Counted from the stretch's first letter, positions 13,892 to 29,486 are shown. The stretch is DNA of 64,000 nucleotides from Octopus vulgaris (GCA_951406725.2 OX597842.1:14756001-14820000); one strand, 5' to 3'. The notes: a model not told the origin generated them from the sequence alone. Numbers and translations are program-made.

Positions 13892-14071
13892 GGAAGCCTC
13901 TATCTACCTACCTATCTCTCTAGTTATCGATCTATCTACCTATCTATCTACATATATATACATATATATATACCTATCTTTATATATACCTATCTTATCT
14001 ACCTATGAATCTATCTTATCTATCTTACTTATCTATCTAATTATTTATCTATCTGTATGTCTATATGTATG

Positions 14072-14145
<74 letters not shown>

Positions 14146-14877
14146 CATATGTATCTATGATATACTTATACATACGTATATATAATATAAAGCTGAGGGT
14201 GATGATGATCGTTGTCATTTCATTATAATTCTGATACATTGTAGTAGTCGAGACACACAAGACAGTGGAAGGTTGTTTAAGTATGTTCTAAATGTTAAGT
14301 CAAGTGTAGTAAACAACAAAGCTTTGGTCTTAAAATAGTCAACAATCCTCTTCTCAATATATTTCACACAACTTTCTCTCTCTAAGAAATTAGCATTGTT
14401 TGCCTTTTGTATAGTGGTGACTCAATAAATCACACACGCATACACATTCATAATACTTACATACATACATACATACACACATACATACATACATCAAGCT
14501 TACCTGCATACATGCGTCCATCCATCCATCCACATATAAATGCAGCAAGCTTACATGTCTACATAGATACCAGTGGTTGAGGCAGGGGTGTTGCCCTAGT
14601 TGCCCGGGTAACACCCTTTCTGGCCCATCCGACACAAAAAAAGTTCCGGGAGCAAGGTTCCTCAAAGCATAACTGTTTTATATGTTTCTGGTCTGTTACA
14701 ACATAGAATACATAAAAACGTGTCCATTTGTTACAAATTGCGATTCCCAACTAATATAGTAATTTTTTGGAAACTAAAAAGATCCTGGGTCCCCACTGCA
14801 TACACACAGACGCATTCACACACTCTTACGCAAACACATATATGCATATTTATATCTCGCGGAGGGCGGAGTTGTGT

Positions 14878-15230
14878 GAAGACGGAGAAGTGGTTGTGTG
14901 GTAAGAAACTTGCTTCCCAAACACATAGATTCCGGTTCAGTTCCGCTGCATGGCATCTTGGGCAAGGGCCTTCTACTATATCCTCGGGTCGACCAAAGCC
15001 TTATGAGTGTATTTAGTAGAGAGTAACTGTAATAAACCCGTCTTATATCTATGTATATACTTATGTGTGTCTTTGTGTCTGTGTTTGTCCCCCACACTCT
15101 CACTTGACAACTGATGTTGGTGTGTTTACGTCCCTGTAATGGAGAGGGTTGACAAGGGAAAGTGATAGAATGAATACTAGTCTGGCAAACAATAAATTCT
15201 GTATAAATGACTGAAAAAGTAAATGAATAT
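14878..15230 (+). mobile_element. tRNA-derived SINE family A (internal TA/TG microsatellite)
   Basis: A box-like gtggttgtgtggtaag, B box-like ggttcagttcc, then cttgggcaag. Homologous to 46254-46682 and 49470-49935. Confidence 0.85.
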
Positions 15231-15496
15231 ACACGTGCACAAATACATTTATACATACATGATATATATATAAATATATATATATATAATATAATATGAT
15301 ATAATTTTGTATATGACTTGAGATGTTTGACGTCATGTTTACCAATTATATATCCGCTGCCTTGGAAATCTCCAATGGCTCTATGACTGCCGTCTCGGAT
15401 ATAACCTTAGAGCCTTAGTAATCTGTTACAGTACTTATTATGGTACCTAATCCTTTAAATAACCCGTGAAATAATATATATATATATATATATATA

Positions 15497-15826
15497 CTCT
15501 TTTACTATTTTACTTGTTTCAGTCATTTGACTGCGGCCATGGTGGAGCACCGCCTTTAATCGAGCTACTCGACCCCGGGACCTATTCTTTGTGCCGAACC
15601 GCTAAGTAACGGGGACATAAACACACCAGCGTCGGTTGTCAAACAAAGCTAGAGGGACAAACACAGACATACAAACACACACACACACATATATATATAT
15701 ATACATATATACGACGGGCTTCTTTCAGTTTCCTTCTACCAAATCCACTCATAAGGCTTTGGTGTGCCCGAGACTATAGACGAAGACACTCGCCCAAAGT
15801 GCCACGCAGTGGGACTGAACCCGGAG
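15497..15826 (-). mobile_element. tRNA-derived SINE family A
   Basis: Reverse complement of family A including the tail gactgaaacaagtaaaa. Confidence 0.85.
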
Positions 15827-15959
15827 TACATATATATATATATATATAAAGTATAGGGGTTTAGTTCACAGGTCCCCAAAATGCTTTTGTATTTGTCGCA
15901 CCTAAGCCTTTCTTTTCGGAGAGTTTTGTTTGTAAACCCTCAGATTCCATAGTTCGGAG

Positions 15960-16650
15960 TGAGCTTTTGCCCTTTGTTTCAACATGTTCTGTGTCACGTA
16001 TGAGAGATACGTCTCTCCCACGTCCCGTAACAATTTTGAGGGATACTGGAGCTCTCCAGTCTCGGATTTCGAAGGCTATTTTGTCTTTTTTTGATGAGTC
16101 GTCAGGGAACTCAGATGTTTTGTTTCAGGGTATAATGCGGCAATTCTTCTGCTCCTCTTCATTTTCTGAATTTAACTTCAGATATGATTTCTGGTGAGGT
16201 GAGTGTAGGTGTTCTTGACTCTTCTGGGTGTTGATCGAAAGTGATGTTATGGGGTCCAATTTGGTGTTGATCCTATTGTCACTATTTCTCCAGGGAGTTC
16301 AGGTAATACAGAACAGTATGAGTTTCCTGGTATTTTTTCCTCCATCTGCAGTGACTTGTTCGATGTCGAAAGACATTTCTTCCAAGTCTTCTTTGCCGAA
16401 TGCTTTCATTCGTGATTTGTCAGGTACTTACTTGGATAATTTTGTTTTATAAATTAGAGGCTGATGACTTCTCTTCAATGGGTAGTGGCCCTTCAGGTCT
16501 TCTTTCTAGAGAGCAGCTTATTAGAGCGCAGGGTGAGGATGCTGAGTTGCAGATGTTAGCCAATATATCTGTCTCTTTCGTGGAGGTTAGCAAGGTACCA
16601 GTTCTCTACTACTTTAGGGATCGTGTTAGGATGAGGAAATATAGGCTGAT
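15960..16650 (+). mobile_element. Gypsy LTR retrotransposon fragment (aspartic protease plus downstream linker, Gmr1-like)
   Basis: PVTILRDTGALQS is a protease D-T-G-A motif. LSREQLIRAQGEDAEL...YYFRDRVRMRKY resembles the pre-integrase region. Frameshifted. Confidence 0.75.
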
Positions 16651-17181
16651 TCCTATATGTGTTGTTTGGCTTATTTAATCGAGTGTGTTGTACAGGATTT
16701 GAACAGTTTGCAATGATATGATCAGTTGAATTATTTTGTCTCGTGTGTCTATTAGTTTTCGTTGGTAGTTCATTCTTTTGGCCAATTCTTCCTGCTCTAT
16801 ATTCTTTATCCGATTGAGTTCCCATACACTGACGTTATGATACTGTACAATGTGTATTACAAGAATTACCAGTGTGTGTGTATGCCTTCTTCTAGCATTA
16901 TGATTAGTCAGATTGTCAGTCATGCAAGAGACTGTAAGGCCACAAACACGTGGATAGATTTGCGACCTTAACACAGTATTCCTTTATAAGTGTTTCATAG
17001 TATTTCTCTTCACTTTCTATTTTTTTCTCTTTAAATTTTAGAGTCTTTCATTTTCCATTTCCTTTTTCTTTTGTCTGGATTCTTAAAGTCAGTGATATGT
17101 ACAATAAATATTAACATATATACTTTTTGTATTTTGTATAAATATGTATGAACACTCATTAATATGTGGCTTCATTATGCA

Positions 17182-17216
<35 letters not shown>

Positions 17217-17383
17217 CTATATATATATATATATATATATACACTCACAAAGACACTCCCTCCCTCCCTCACTCACTCACTTACTCACTCACACACACAC
17301 ACACACACCCCACACACTCACACTCTCTCTGTCTCTAAATCTGATTATTTCTGGATGTCTTTTCTATTCTTCAAATTCTCCAG

Positions 17384-17487
17384 CATTTCCTATGCATTTT
17401 TACACTTTCCATGCTAATCTTTTCCACGTATATAAATGCTTTCCAAAACAAACAAGAACTTCGTTTTAGAAGCTTCGAAGAAACTAT
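17384..17487 (+). pseudogene. LGR-type LRR exon remnant (A)
   Basis: Follows the acceptor-like ttctccag. FHANLFHVY, then after a frameshift INAFQNKQELRF (17432-17467); compare recalled LGR5 [24 protein letters not shown]. Confidence 0.45.
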
Positions 17488-17771
17488 AAGCTTATTCCCA
17501 AGCACTCATCTCTGCATGCACTGTAACTAATAGAAACTGCAGTGAGCTTATTGAAGTTAAATACCTAATTCATGTCCTCTAAAAACACACACATACACCC
17601 AAACAGAAACGCATGCACACAATGACACATAAACAAACACTCACATGTTATGGTTGCAACTTCATTCCGAAATATGCCACATTTGTTTACTCAACGAAGC
17701 AGGGACGTGTATCTTTTAGTCCTGTTAGGTATCTAAACACGTTTGCGCAATCAAAGACATTCTAACGAAGG

Positions 17772-17831
17772 AGACTTCCTGCTGCAGGTTTTGAGAGGCT
17801 AACCATCTTCCCTGACTCATACCGTTGTTGT
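17772..17831 (+). pseudogene. LGR-type last-LRR/hinge remnant (D)
   Basis: RLPAAGFERLTIFPDSYRCC; compare LGR4/5 (L/F)PxxGLxGLxxL...PYAYQCC. The CC may derive from the (TGT)n tract. Confidence 0.35.
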
Positions 17832-17840
17832 TGTTGTTGC

Positions 17841-17879
<39 letters not shown>

Positions 17880-17892
17880 CATTATACCTAAA

Positions 17893-18125
17893 AAATCCCT
17901 GATCTGAAAGTCTCCTCATTTTATATTCTTACGTTTTGCATGTATATATGTATACATATTGTGTATTTCATACTCAAACTATTATATTTCGTGTATTTAA
18001 TATATTTGATGTGTTTAATTTGTTTATCCGCATAATTAACTCTATATCCACTCAACTCGATCCTCCTTACAGTAATTCTTTATTCTTTTGTGAATGATCC
18101 TCTGGAAAGACATTGGACTCTTCAA
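17893..18125 (+). pseudogene. LGR GPCR TM6/TM7-helix 8 remnant (E), copy 1
   Basis: Frame from 18042 reads LYPLNSILLTVILYSFVNDPLERHWTL; compare TSHR-type FYPLNSCANPFLY and LGR4 LYVFFNPKFKEDWKL (same Y-x-F-x-N...W spacing). NP is lost. Upstream PDLKV resembles the D-x-K-I/V before TM6. Confidence 0.65.
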
Positions 18126-18584
18126 TCTTTTGAGCGCTATTTAGTGTTTTCTACGCCAAATATCTCTAAATCACTTCTCTGGACTACACACACGCACACA
18201 CACACACACGTATACACATATATATTAATACGTATCCATCCATTAATCCATCCATCCACACACACACAATTACACACGCACGTACGCACACACACACACA
18301 CAAGCACATACGCATACACATATATATTAATACATATCCATCCATCCTCACACACACACACAAGCACACACGCACACACAAGCACACACGCACACACATA
18401 TATATTAATAGATATCCATTTCATCCATCCATCCACACACGTGCACACACACACACACACGCACACATATATATATTAATACGTATCAGTCCATCCACAC
18501 ACACACACACACATACACATACTTACACACACACAGACACGCAAGCACAAACGTTCTAACACATATATTAATACGTCTCCATCC

Positions 18585-18615
<31 letters not shown>

Positions 18616-19669
18616 TTAATATATGTCCATCCATTCATCCATCCACACACACACAAACATACACACACACGCATACACACACACAAGCACACACACACGC
18701 ACAAGCACACACGCACACACACACATATATTAATATGTATCCAGCCAATAATCCGTCCACACACATACATACACACACACAAGCACATACATTCACACAC
18801 ATATATTAATACATTTCCATCCACACACACGCACACACACACAAACTCACACACACACGCACACACACACAAACTCACACACGCATGCATACACACACAC
18901 ACACATGTATCCTCATTATTATTGGACGTCTTATTGTTTTTATTATTATGTGTCGAGAACAGCCGCAACGTTCTGAGTTCAAATTCGGTCGAGTCTGACT
19001 TTGCTTTTCGTCCTTTTGGGGTCGATTAGACAAGTACCAGTAAAACACTGGGGTCGATGTAATTGACAAGCACCCTACCCTAAAATGTCAGGCTTTGTGC
19101 CTATTGTAGAAAGAATTATTATTATGTGATGAAAACTCGCAGATTATTTTGCTGGGCAAAACCCGAAATTAGGGGGAAGGGGCCCATTCGATAAGACCGA
19201 CCCCAGTACGCAACTGGTACTTAATTTATCAGCCCTGAAAGCATGAAAGGCAAAACCGACCTCGGCGGGATTTGAACACAGAACGTAATGACAGATGAAA
19301 TACCTATTTCTTTACTACCCACAAGGGGCTAAACACAAAGGGAACAAAAAAGGACAGACGAACGGATTAAGTCGATTATATCGACCCCAGTGCGTAACTG
19401 GTACTTAATTTATCGATCCCGAAAGGTTGAACGGCAAAGTCGACCTCGGGGGAATTTGAACTCTGAACGTAGCTGCAGACGAAATACCGCTCAGCATTTC
19501 GCTCGGTATGTTAACGTTTCTGCCAGCTCGCAGCCCTTAATAGATACCTTTCATCACAAGTAGAAGGCTGTATATTTTCTATCCAATAAAAGGGGACACA
19601 TTATTTCTACTTTTCTCCCATGTATACTGAGTTCGTGTCAAAACATTCACCGAATCACAGGAGAAATAA

Positions 19670-20730
19670 GGCGGCGAGCTGGCAGAAACGTTAGCACGCC
19701 GGGCGAAAAGCGTAGCCGTATTTTGTCTGCCGTTATGTTCTGAGTTCAAATTCCGCCGAGGTCGACTTTGCAGGGCGGCGAGCTGGCAGAACCGTTAGCA
19801 CACCGGGCGAAATGCGTAGCCGTATTTCGTCTGCCGTTACGTTCTGGGTTCAAATTCCGCCGAGGTCGACTTTGCAGGGCGGCGAGCTGGCAGAGCCGTT
19901 AGCACGCTGGGCGAAATGCGTGGCCGTATTTCGTCTGCCGTTACGTTCTGAGTTCAAATTCCGCCGAGGTCGATTCTGCAGGGCGGAGAGCTGGCAGAAC
20001 CGTTAGCACACCGGGCGAAATGCATGGCCGTATTTCGTCTGCCGTTACGTTCTGAGTTCAAATTCCGCCGAGGTCGATTCTGCAGGGCGGAGAGCTGGCA
20101 GAACCGTTAGCACACCGGGCGAAATGCGTGGCCGTATTTCGTCTGCCGTTACGTTCTGAGTTCAAATTCCGCCGAGGTCGATTCTGCAGGGCGGAGAGCT
20201 GGCAGAACCGTTAGTACGCTGGGCGAAATTCGTAGCCGTATTTCGTCTGCCGTTACGTTCTGGGTTCAAATTCTGCCGAGGTCGACTTTGCAGGGCGGCG
20301 AGATGGCAGAACCGTTAGCACGCCGGGCGAAATGCGTGGCCGTATTTTGTCTGCCGTTACGTTCTGGTTTCAAATTCCGCGAGGTCGACTTTGCAGGGCG
20401 GCGAGCTGGCAGAACCGTTAGCACACCGGGCGAAATGCGTGGCCGTATTTCGTCTGCCATTACGTTCTGGTTTCAAATTCCGCGAGGTCGACTTTGCAGG
20501 GCGGCGAGCTGGCAGAAACGTTAGCACGCCGGGCGAAATGCGTAGCCGTATTTCGTCTGTCGTTACGCTGTGAGTTCAAATTCCGCCGAGGTCGACTTTG
20601 CCTTTCACATTTTCGGGGTCGATAAATCAAGTACCGCTTACGAAATTGGGTCGATGTAATCGACTTAATCCGTTTGTCTGTCCTTGTTTGTCCCTTCTGT
20701 GTTTAGCCCCTTCTGGGCAGTAAAGAAACA
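19670..20730 (+). repeat. Tandem array of nine ~104-bp SINE family B heads; the last unit continues into a full SINE
   Basis: ggcggcgagctggcaga...gagttcaaattcc...gtcgactttgcag with unit starts at about 19670, 19774, 19878, 19982, 20086, 20190, 20294, 20397, 20500. Confidence 0.95.
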
Positions 20731-20876
20731 GATGACACAGGTGAAATATGTGTGTATGCATGCCTGTGTGTGTGTGTGTATGTGTGCGTGTACGCACGCT
20801 GATGTGCATGTGTACATGCGCGTGGGCATGTGGGCACATATGCATATGTTTTTGTGACCTAGTGAACTGAGAGTCT

Positions 20877-21201
20877 GATGTTGAACGAAACACCCATGTT
20901 TCCAAAGGTGAATTATCCAAACCCCAAAGAATCCCTTTCAACACAAAGCTATGATGTTCCCCCACTACTTCTGCTCGTGATGAGAGATGCACATATCGTC
21001 ATCCACCAAGGGAACTTGCTCAACTGGTTAAGGTCAAACAACTGACAAGCAAATCTGTGGTATTGAGCAGAATATTTGCTGTAGCCCATCTTTTATACCA
21101 AGACAAAACAATGTACATGATAAAACTTCCAATCAGTTAAGATCAGAAGCCACTGTCTGGTACTGCATCATGGCAGGGTAATTATTATTATTATTATCAT
21201 T

Positions 21202-21245
<44 letters not shown>

Positions 21246-21727
21246 TATTATTATTATTATGATTAATATTATTATTATTATTATTGAGTGAGAGTGCAGT
21301 GCATGCCATCAAAGTGACACTGGGGTAAAATATACGAAGCCCAATATACCCATCATGACTACCCGTCTGATAAAGATACACCAGGCACATGTATCTCAAC
21401 CATATGTGCGCGACATGGTGATCTCATATCAAGATAAACAGCACATGACCTTGCAGGTGGGGCCCAGTTCGAATTTTCTTCAGGTTGAGTAGCCCATCCC
21501 GCTCAAAAGGTCCCTGAATTAGGGTTGTTTAAGGAAGTTGAAAGAACCACCCATGTTTCCAGAGGTGAATCATTCAAACCCCAAAGAATCCCTCTCAACA
21601 CATGGCTATGATGCTCCCCCACTACTTCTGCCCGTCATCAGATATGCACATATTGTCAGCCACTAAGGGACATGCTCAACTGGTTAAGGTCAAACAACTG
21701 ACATGCAAATCTGTGGTATTGAGCAGT
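20877..21727 (-). mobile_element. Two partial copies of the non-coding TAA-inserted element (20877-21180, 21285-21727)
   Basis: Match 38212-38750. Separated by (ATT/ATC)n. Confidence 0.85.
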
Positions 21728-21897
21728 ATTATTATTATTATACCTAAAAAATCCCTGATCTGAAAGTCTCCTCATTTTATATTCTTACGTTTTGCACGTA
21801 TATATGTATACATATTGAGTATTTCATACTCAAACTATTATATTTCGTGTATTTAATATATTTGATGTGTTTAATTTGTTTATCCGCATAATTAACT

Positions 21898-21978
21898 CTA
21901 TATCCACTCAACTCGATCCTCCTTACAGTAATTCTTTATTCTTTTGTGAATGATCCCCTCTAAAGACATTGGACTCTT
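21898..21978 (+). pseudogene. LGR TM7-helix 8 remnant (E), copy 2
   Basis: LYPLNSILLTVILYSFVNDPL*RHWTL with an in-frame TAA. Confidence 0.6.
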
Positions 21979-22770
21979 GAATCTTTTGAGCGCTATTTAG
22001 TGTTTTCTACGCCAAATATCTCTAAATCACTTCTCTGGACTACACACACGCACACACACACACACGTATACACATATATATTAATATGTATCCATCCATT
22101 CATCCATCCATCCATACACACTCACTCACCTACGCACGTACGCATACACAAACAAACATACACACATAAGCACACACTAACACGCAAAAGCACACACGCA
22201 CAAACACACATATATATCAATACCTATCCGTCCATCCACACACACACAAACACACACACACACACAAGCACGCACGTACACACATATATATTAATACGTA
22301 TCCATCCACACACACACACACACGCACACACGCATACACACACACGCACACACATGCACACACGCACACATACACAAGCACACACGCACACACACACACA
22401 AACTCACACACACACGTATACACACACACACACACACACATGTATCATCATTATTATTGGACGTCCTATTATTGGTTTTATTATTGTGTCGAAAACAGCC
22501 GCAACGTTCTGAGTTCAAATTCGGTCGAGTCTGACTTTGCTTTTCGTTCTTTCGGGGTCGATTAAACAAGTACCAGTAAAACACTGGGGTCGATATAATT
22601 GACAAACCCCCTACCCTAAAATTTCAGGCTTTGTGCCTATTGTAGAAAGAATTATTATTATGTGATGAAAACTCGCAGATTATTTTGCTGGGCAAAACCC
22701 TAAATTTTCGAGGACGGGATCATTCGATTTTTTACCGACCCCAGTACGCAACTGGTACTTAATTTATCGA

Positions 22771-24205
22771 CGGCGAGCTGGCAGAAACGTAGCACGCCGG
22801 GCGAAATGCGTAGCCGTATTTCGTCTGCTGCTACGTTCTGAGTTCAAATTCCGCCGAGGTCGACTTTGCCTTTCATCCTTTCGGGGTCGATTAAATAAGT
22901 ACCAGTTACGCACTGGGGTCGATATAACCGACTTAATCCGTTTGTATGTCTTTGTTTGTCCCCTCTGTGTTTAGCCCCTTGTGGTTAGTAAAAAAATAGG
23001 TACTTAATTTATAGGCCCTGAAAGCATGGAAATCGAAGTCGATCTCGGTGGAATTTGAACACAGAACGTAAAGACAGACGAAATACCTATTTCTTTACTA
23101 CCCACCGGGGACCAAACATAGAAATGGACTGAACAACTGATAGGATCAGTGAAGCGATATGATTTTACATATAATGTGACTTTAAAAATTTAAATACAAT
23201 ATATAAAAAATCGAATGGAATTAACAATACAAAGACAATACAAATGAAGCGATTATCAGGCCACGCTCCGAACCCACAAGCCCCGATCTACCGCTGATAC
23301 CTTTTTCTTCTTTTTTTCTCCCCCGTCTATCCACACGGTTCCTTGCACGCACAACATTCGTGCAACATGCTTCCATCTCTTTTGGAACGTACACTCCGAC
23401 AGACATCTCTTCTCCAGTCAAAGCTTCCTTTTCAAGTGGAAAGGAAAATATGATCGAAAATTTGTGGCCAGAGATAAAGAAATAAACCTATTTCATTATT
23501 ACCCACAAGGGGCTAAACACAGAGGGGACAAACAAGGACAGACAAACGGATTAAGTCGATTACATCGACCCCAGTGCGTAACTGGTACTTATTTAATCAA
23601 CCCCGAAATGATGAAAGGCAAAGACAACCTCCGCGGAATTTCAACTCAGAACGTAGCGGCAGACGAAATACCTATTTCTTTACTACCCACAAGGGGATAA
23701 ATACAGAGGGGACAAACAAGGACAGACAAACGGATTAAGTCGGTTATATCGACCCAGTGCGTAACTGATACTTAATCTATCGACCCTGAAAGGATGAAAA
23801 GCAAAGTCGACCTCGGCGGAATTTGAACTCAGTACTTAGCGGCAGACGAAATACCTATTTCTTTACCACCCACAAGGGGATAAACACAGAGAGGAAAAAC
23901 AAGGACAGACAAACAGATTAAGTCGATTATATCGACTCCTGTGCGTAACTGGTACTTATTTAAGGCGGCGAGCTGGCAGAAAGGCGGCGAGCTGGCAGAT
24001 AAGGCGGCGAGCTGGCAGAAACGTTAGCACGCCGGGCGAAATGCGTAGCCGTATTTCGTCTGTCGGTACGCTGTGAGTTCAAATTCCGCCGAGGTCGATA
24101 AATTAAGCACCAGTTACGCACTGGGGTCGATGTAATCGACTTAATCCGTTTGTCTGTCCTTGTTTGTCCCTTCTGTGTTTAGCCCCTTGTGGGCAGTAAA
24201 GAAAC
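22771..24205. mobile_element. Cluster of SINE family B copies in both orientations around a unique island
   Basis: + copies at 22771-23000 and 24001-24205; minus-strand tandem bodies at 23475-23960. Duplicated at 30244-31868. Confidence 0.85.
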
Positions 24206-24340
24206 ATATGACACAGGTGAAATATGTGTGTATGCATGCGTGTGTGTGTGTGTGTGTATGTGTGCGTGTACGCGCGCTCACGTGCATGTGTACATGCGCG
24301 TGGGCATGTGGGCACATATGCATATGTTTTTATGACCTAG

Positions 24341-24471
24341 TGAACTGAGAGTCTCAAACAAATGCCAGGTTCAAAGTCAGAACAGGTGTGTCACATATAC
24401 GTAAATCAGCCTTTGAAATCGTCGCTGTGCTTCACACTTGATTTAACACAAAACAAGTCGTTGTTATCGAG
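24341..24471 (+). pseudogene. LGR-type LRR exon remnant (B) with intact splice sites
   Basis: tttttatgacctag| ... cgag|gtaagt. With two frameshifts it reads [43 protein letters not shown]. Confidence 0.55.
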
Positions 24472-24516
24472 GTAAGTACAATAAAAGAACACTTCTTGCA
24501 TACATGCATACATGTG

Positions 24517-24579
<63 letters not shown>

Positions 24580-24854
24580 TTCAATATAAGAAGACTTCTT
24601 TTCATACATATATATATATATATATATATATACACGTAGAGATACACACATACATATACACATGCATACGTACATGCTTACATACACACCCATACGTACG
24701 AACATACACACACATATATATGAATAGAAGAAAATAAGTATGTAGCCTCGAAAGCTATCTGGTTGGTTGGAAATCGATTGAGGAAAGCAGTTAAAAATAT
24801 ATACAATTCACAATAAAGGTTCGATTACAACTGACATATTGATATATAAATGTA

Positions 24855-26130
<1,276 letters not shown>

Positions 26131-26133
26131 ATT

Positions 26134-27313
26134 CTATGTTTGACTTCTGCTTCATATTTGTACACGTTGGCTCCAAGTCTCACCCAGAGACCTCAAGAGA
26201 CAACAGGGTTGGAAGTTCATGTTGTTGTTATGCCTAGTGTGCCATATATTTGGGGGGTGGGGGTGTTGTACTAATGAATGTCTAAAATTTTTTTTTTTAA
26301 ACCGAAAATTATGTTTGTTTTAAACCTTGAGATTACATAGAAAGTATTTTGCGTAGGATATGAGCAGTTCCCATGAGCACTATCTTTTGAATTTCTGCCA
26401 TTTTTGGGTTTCCTGGTATCTGAGTTAGGTAGCTATCAGCCCCGTTTGCTATCATTCCCAGGGCACCTATGACAACAGGTATTGTTCTAGTCTTCAGCTT
26501 CCACATTTTGCTGATTTCTATTTCAAGATCTTTATATTTGCTCAGCTTTTGGTAGGTCTAGACAGATATGTTTATATCGATTGGGACAGTCATATCAATG
26601 AGGAGGCATGTTCTTTGTTTGAAGTCTTTTAATATGATGTATGGCCTATTTGCATCTATCTTTCTGTCAGTTTGAATGGTGAAGTTCCAAAGGAGTGAGA
26701 TGTGGTCATTTTCTAGCACAGGAGGTGGATTGTGTTCCCACCAGTTTATTTCATGCGGCAAATCCAGGTTTTTACAGATTACCCTGTGAATATATTGTGC
26801 AGCTCTATCGTGCCTGTTGAGATACTCTGTAGGCGCTAAGAGACTGCACTTGGAGACCACATGGTCAATGTTTTCATTTTGTTGCTTGCATACACGACAC
26901 GTTGGACTGCTTCTGATCTTTAATATGTTGGCCTGGTAGTTTCTTGTTGGTAGGCATTGATCTTGAGCTGCTATGATAAACCCCTCTGTTTCAGATTTTA
27001 AGCCAGAGGCCATTAGCCATTGATGGGTCAGGGCTTTGTCAACATCTGCATTATTTGCTCTCTTTGGGTATTTGCCATAGAGAGGTTTTTCTTGCCATTT
27101 ATCATTCAGAATATCTAAGGCCGCAGATTTAGCACGGGTTTTCATGCGCTTAGCTTTTTCTGTGCCTGTTTCTTGTATGTCTATCTCTAATGACGAAATT
27201 TGTTGTATTTGGAATTCACTTCGATATTCCTTTGCCTGTTTTGTTACTGAGTATGATGCTTTCTTGTTTTCATGTTTTGAGACAAGTTTTAACATCCAGT
27301 CCTCAGAGTTTTT
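26134..27313 (-). mobile_element. R4/Dong-like RLE non-LTR element, 5'-truncated, in (TAA)n
   Basis: ORF 26558-27295 has SETEGFIIAAQDQ, CRVC...HVVSKC (CCHC), RHD and NRPYI..D. It continues past a stop to HILRKILSM*. Flanked by TAA on both sides. Confidence 0.93.
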
Positions 27314-27611
27314 CAGATTATTAATATTATTATTATTAATATTATTATTATTATTATTTTTTTAAAATTATTATTATTATTATTAATATTATTATTATTG
27401 TTATTATTATTATTATTATTATCATCATTATTATTATTATTTTTATTATTATTATTATTATTATTATTAATATTTTTATCATCATCATCATCAACATCAT
27501 TATTATTATCATCATTATTATTATTATTATTATTATTATCATCATTATTATTATTATTATTTTTATTATTATTTTTATTATTATTAATATTTTTATCATC
27601 ATCATCATCAA

Positions 27612-27673
<62 letters not shown>

Positions 27674-27783
27674 CGCGAAGGTCGACTTTGCCTTTCATCC
27701 TTTCGGGGTCGATAAATTAAGTACCAGATGTAATCGACTAGTCCCCTTTTCCTCAAAATTCAGATCTTGTGCCTATTGTAGAA

Positions 27784-27845
<62 letters not shown>

Positions 27846-27861
27846 CTTTATTATTATTATT

Positions 27862-27899
<38 letters not shown>

Positions 27900-28128
27900 T
27901 ATTATAACTAAAGTGGCAGAATCGTTTGTACATTATGAGGTCAAATTCCGCTGAGGTCGACTTTGCCTTTCATCCTTTAGATGTCAATTAAATAAGTACC
28001 TGTTTCATACTGTTACATACACAATTGACTTAATCCCTTCCCCAAAATTTGAGATCTTTTTCTTTCCAGTAGAAAAGATTATTATTATTATTATTATTAT
28101 TATTATTGTTATTATTATTGTTATTATT

Positions 28129-28448
28129 GAGTGAGAGAGCAGTGCATGCTATCAAAGTGACACTGGGGTTAAATATACGAAGCCCAGTATACCCATCATG
28201 ACTACCCGTCTGATAAGGGTACACCAGGCACATGCATCACAACCATATGTGAGCGACATGGTGATCTCATATCAAGATAAACAACACATGACCTTGCAGG
28301 TGGGGCCCAGTTAGAATTTTCTTGTGGTCGAGTAACCCATCCCGCTCAAAAGGTCCCTGTTTAAGGATGTTGAATGAAACACCCATGTTTCCAGACGTGA
28401 ATTATTCAAACCCCAAAGAATTCTTCTCAACACATGGCTATGATGCTC

Positions 28449-28487
<39 letters not shown>

Positions 28488-29315
28488 TATTATTGAGTGA
28501 GAGAGCAGTTCATGCCATCAAAGTGACACTGGGGTAAAATATACGAAGCCCAATATACCCATCATGACTACCCGTCTGATAAGGGTACACCAGGTACTTG
28601 CATCACAAACATATGTGCGCGACGTGGTGATCTCATAAAAATATAAACAGCACATGACCTTGCAGGTGGCGGCCCAGTTAGAATTTTCTTCTAGTCGAGT
28701 AACCCATCCCGCTCAAATGGTCACTGAATAAGGGTTGTTTAAGGATGTTGAACGAAACACCCATGTTTCCAAAGGTGAATTATCCAAACCCCAAAGAATC
28801 CTATTATTATTATTATTATTCCGCCAGGGTCAGCTTTGCCTTTCATCCTTTCGGGGTCGATAAATTAAGTACCAGTGAAACGCTGGGAGTCGATGTAATC
28901 GACTAGTCCCCTTTTCCCCAAAATTCAGCCCAATATACCCATCATGACTACCCGTCTGATAAAGATACACCAGGCACATGCATCTCAACCATATGTGCGC
29001 GACATGGTGATCTCATGTCAAGATAAACAGCACATGACCTTGCAGGTGGGGCCCAGTTAGAATTTTCTTCAGGTTGAGTAGCCCATCCCGCTCAAAAGGT
29101 CCCTGAATTAGGGTTATTTAAGGATGTTGAAAGAACCACCCATGTTTCCAGAGGTGAATCATTCAAACCCCAAAGAATCCCTCTCAACACATGGCTATGA
29201 TGCTCCCCCACTACTTCTGCCCGTCATCAGAGATGCACATATTGTCAGCCACTAAGGGACATGCTCAACTGGTTAAGGTCAAACAACTGACATGCAAATC
29301 TGTGGTATTGAGCAG
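28129..29315 (-). mobile_element. Three copies of the non-coding TAA-inserted element (28129-28449, 28494-28801, 28928-29315)
   Basis: Match 38212-38750. The first two share the terminus gagtgagagagcag next to (ATT)n. Confidence 0.85.
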
Positions 29316-29486
29316 TATTATAATTATTATACCTAAAAAATCCCTGATCTGAAAGTCTCCTCATTTTATATTCTTACGTTTTGCACGTATATATGTATAC
29401 ATATTGAGTATTTCATACTCAAACTATTATATTTCGTGTATTTAATATATTTGATGTGTTTAATTTGTTTATCCGCATAATTAACT

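Noticed and set aside
14571-14798. Small DNA transposon with cagtgg...ccactg ends
   Set aside because: The TIR is only 6 bp and there is no clean target-site duplication.
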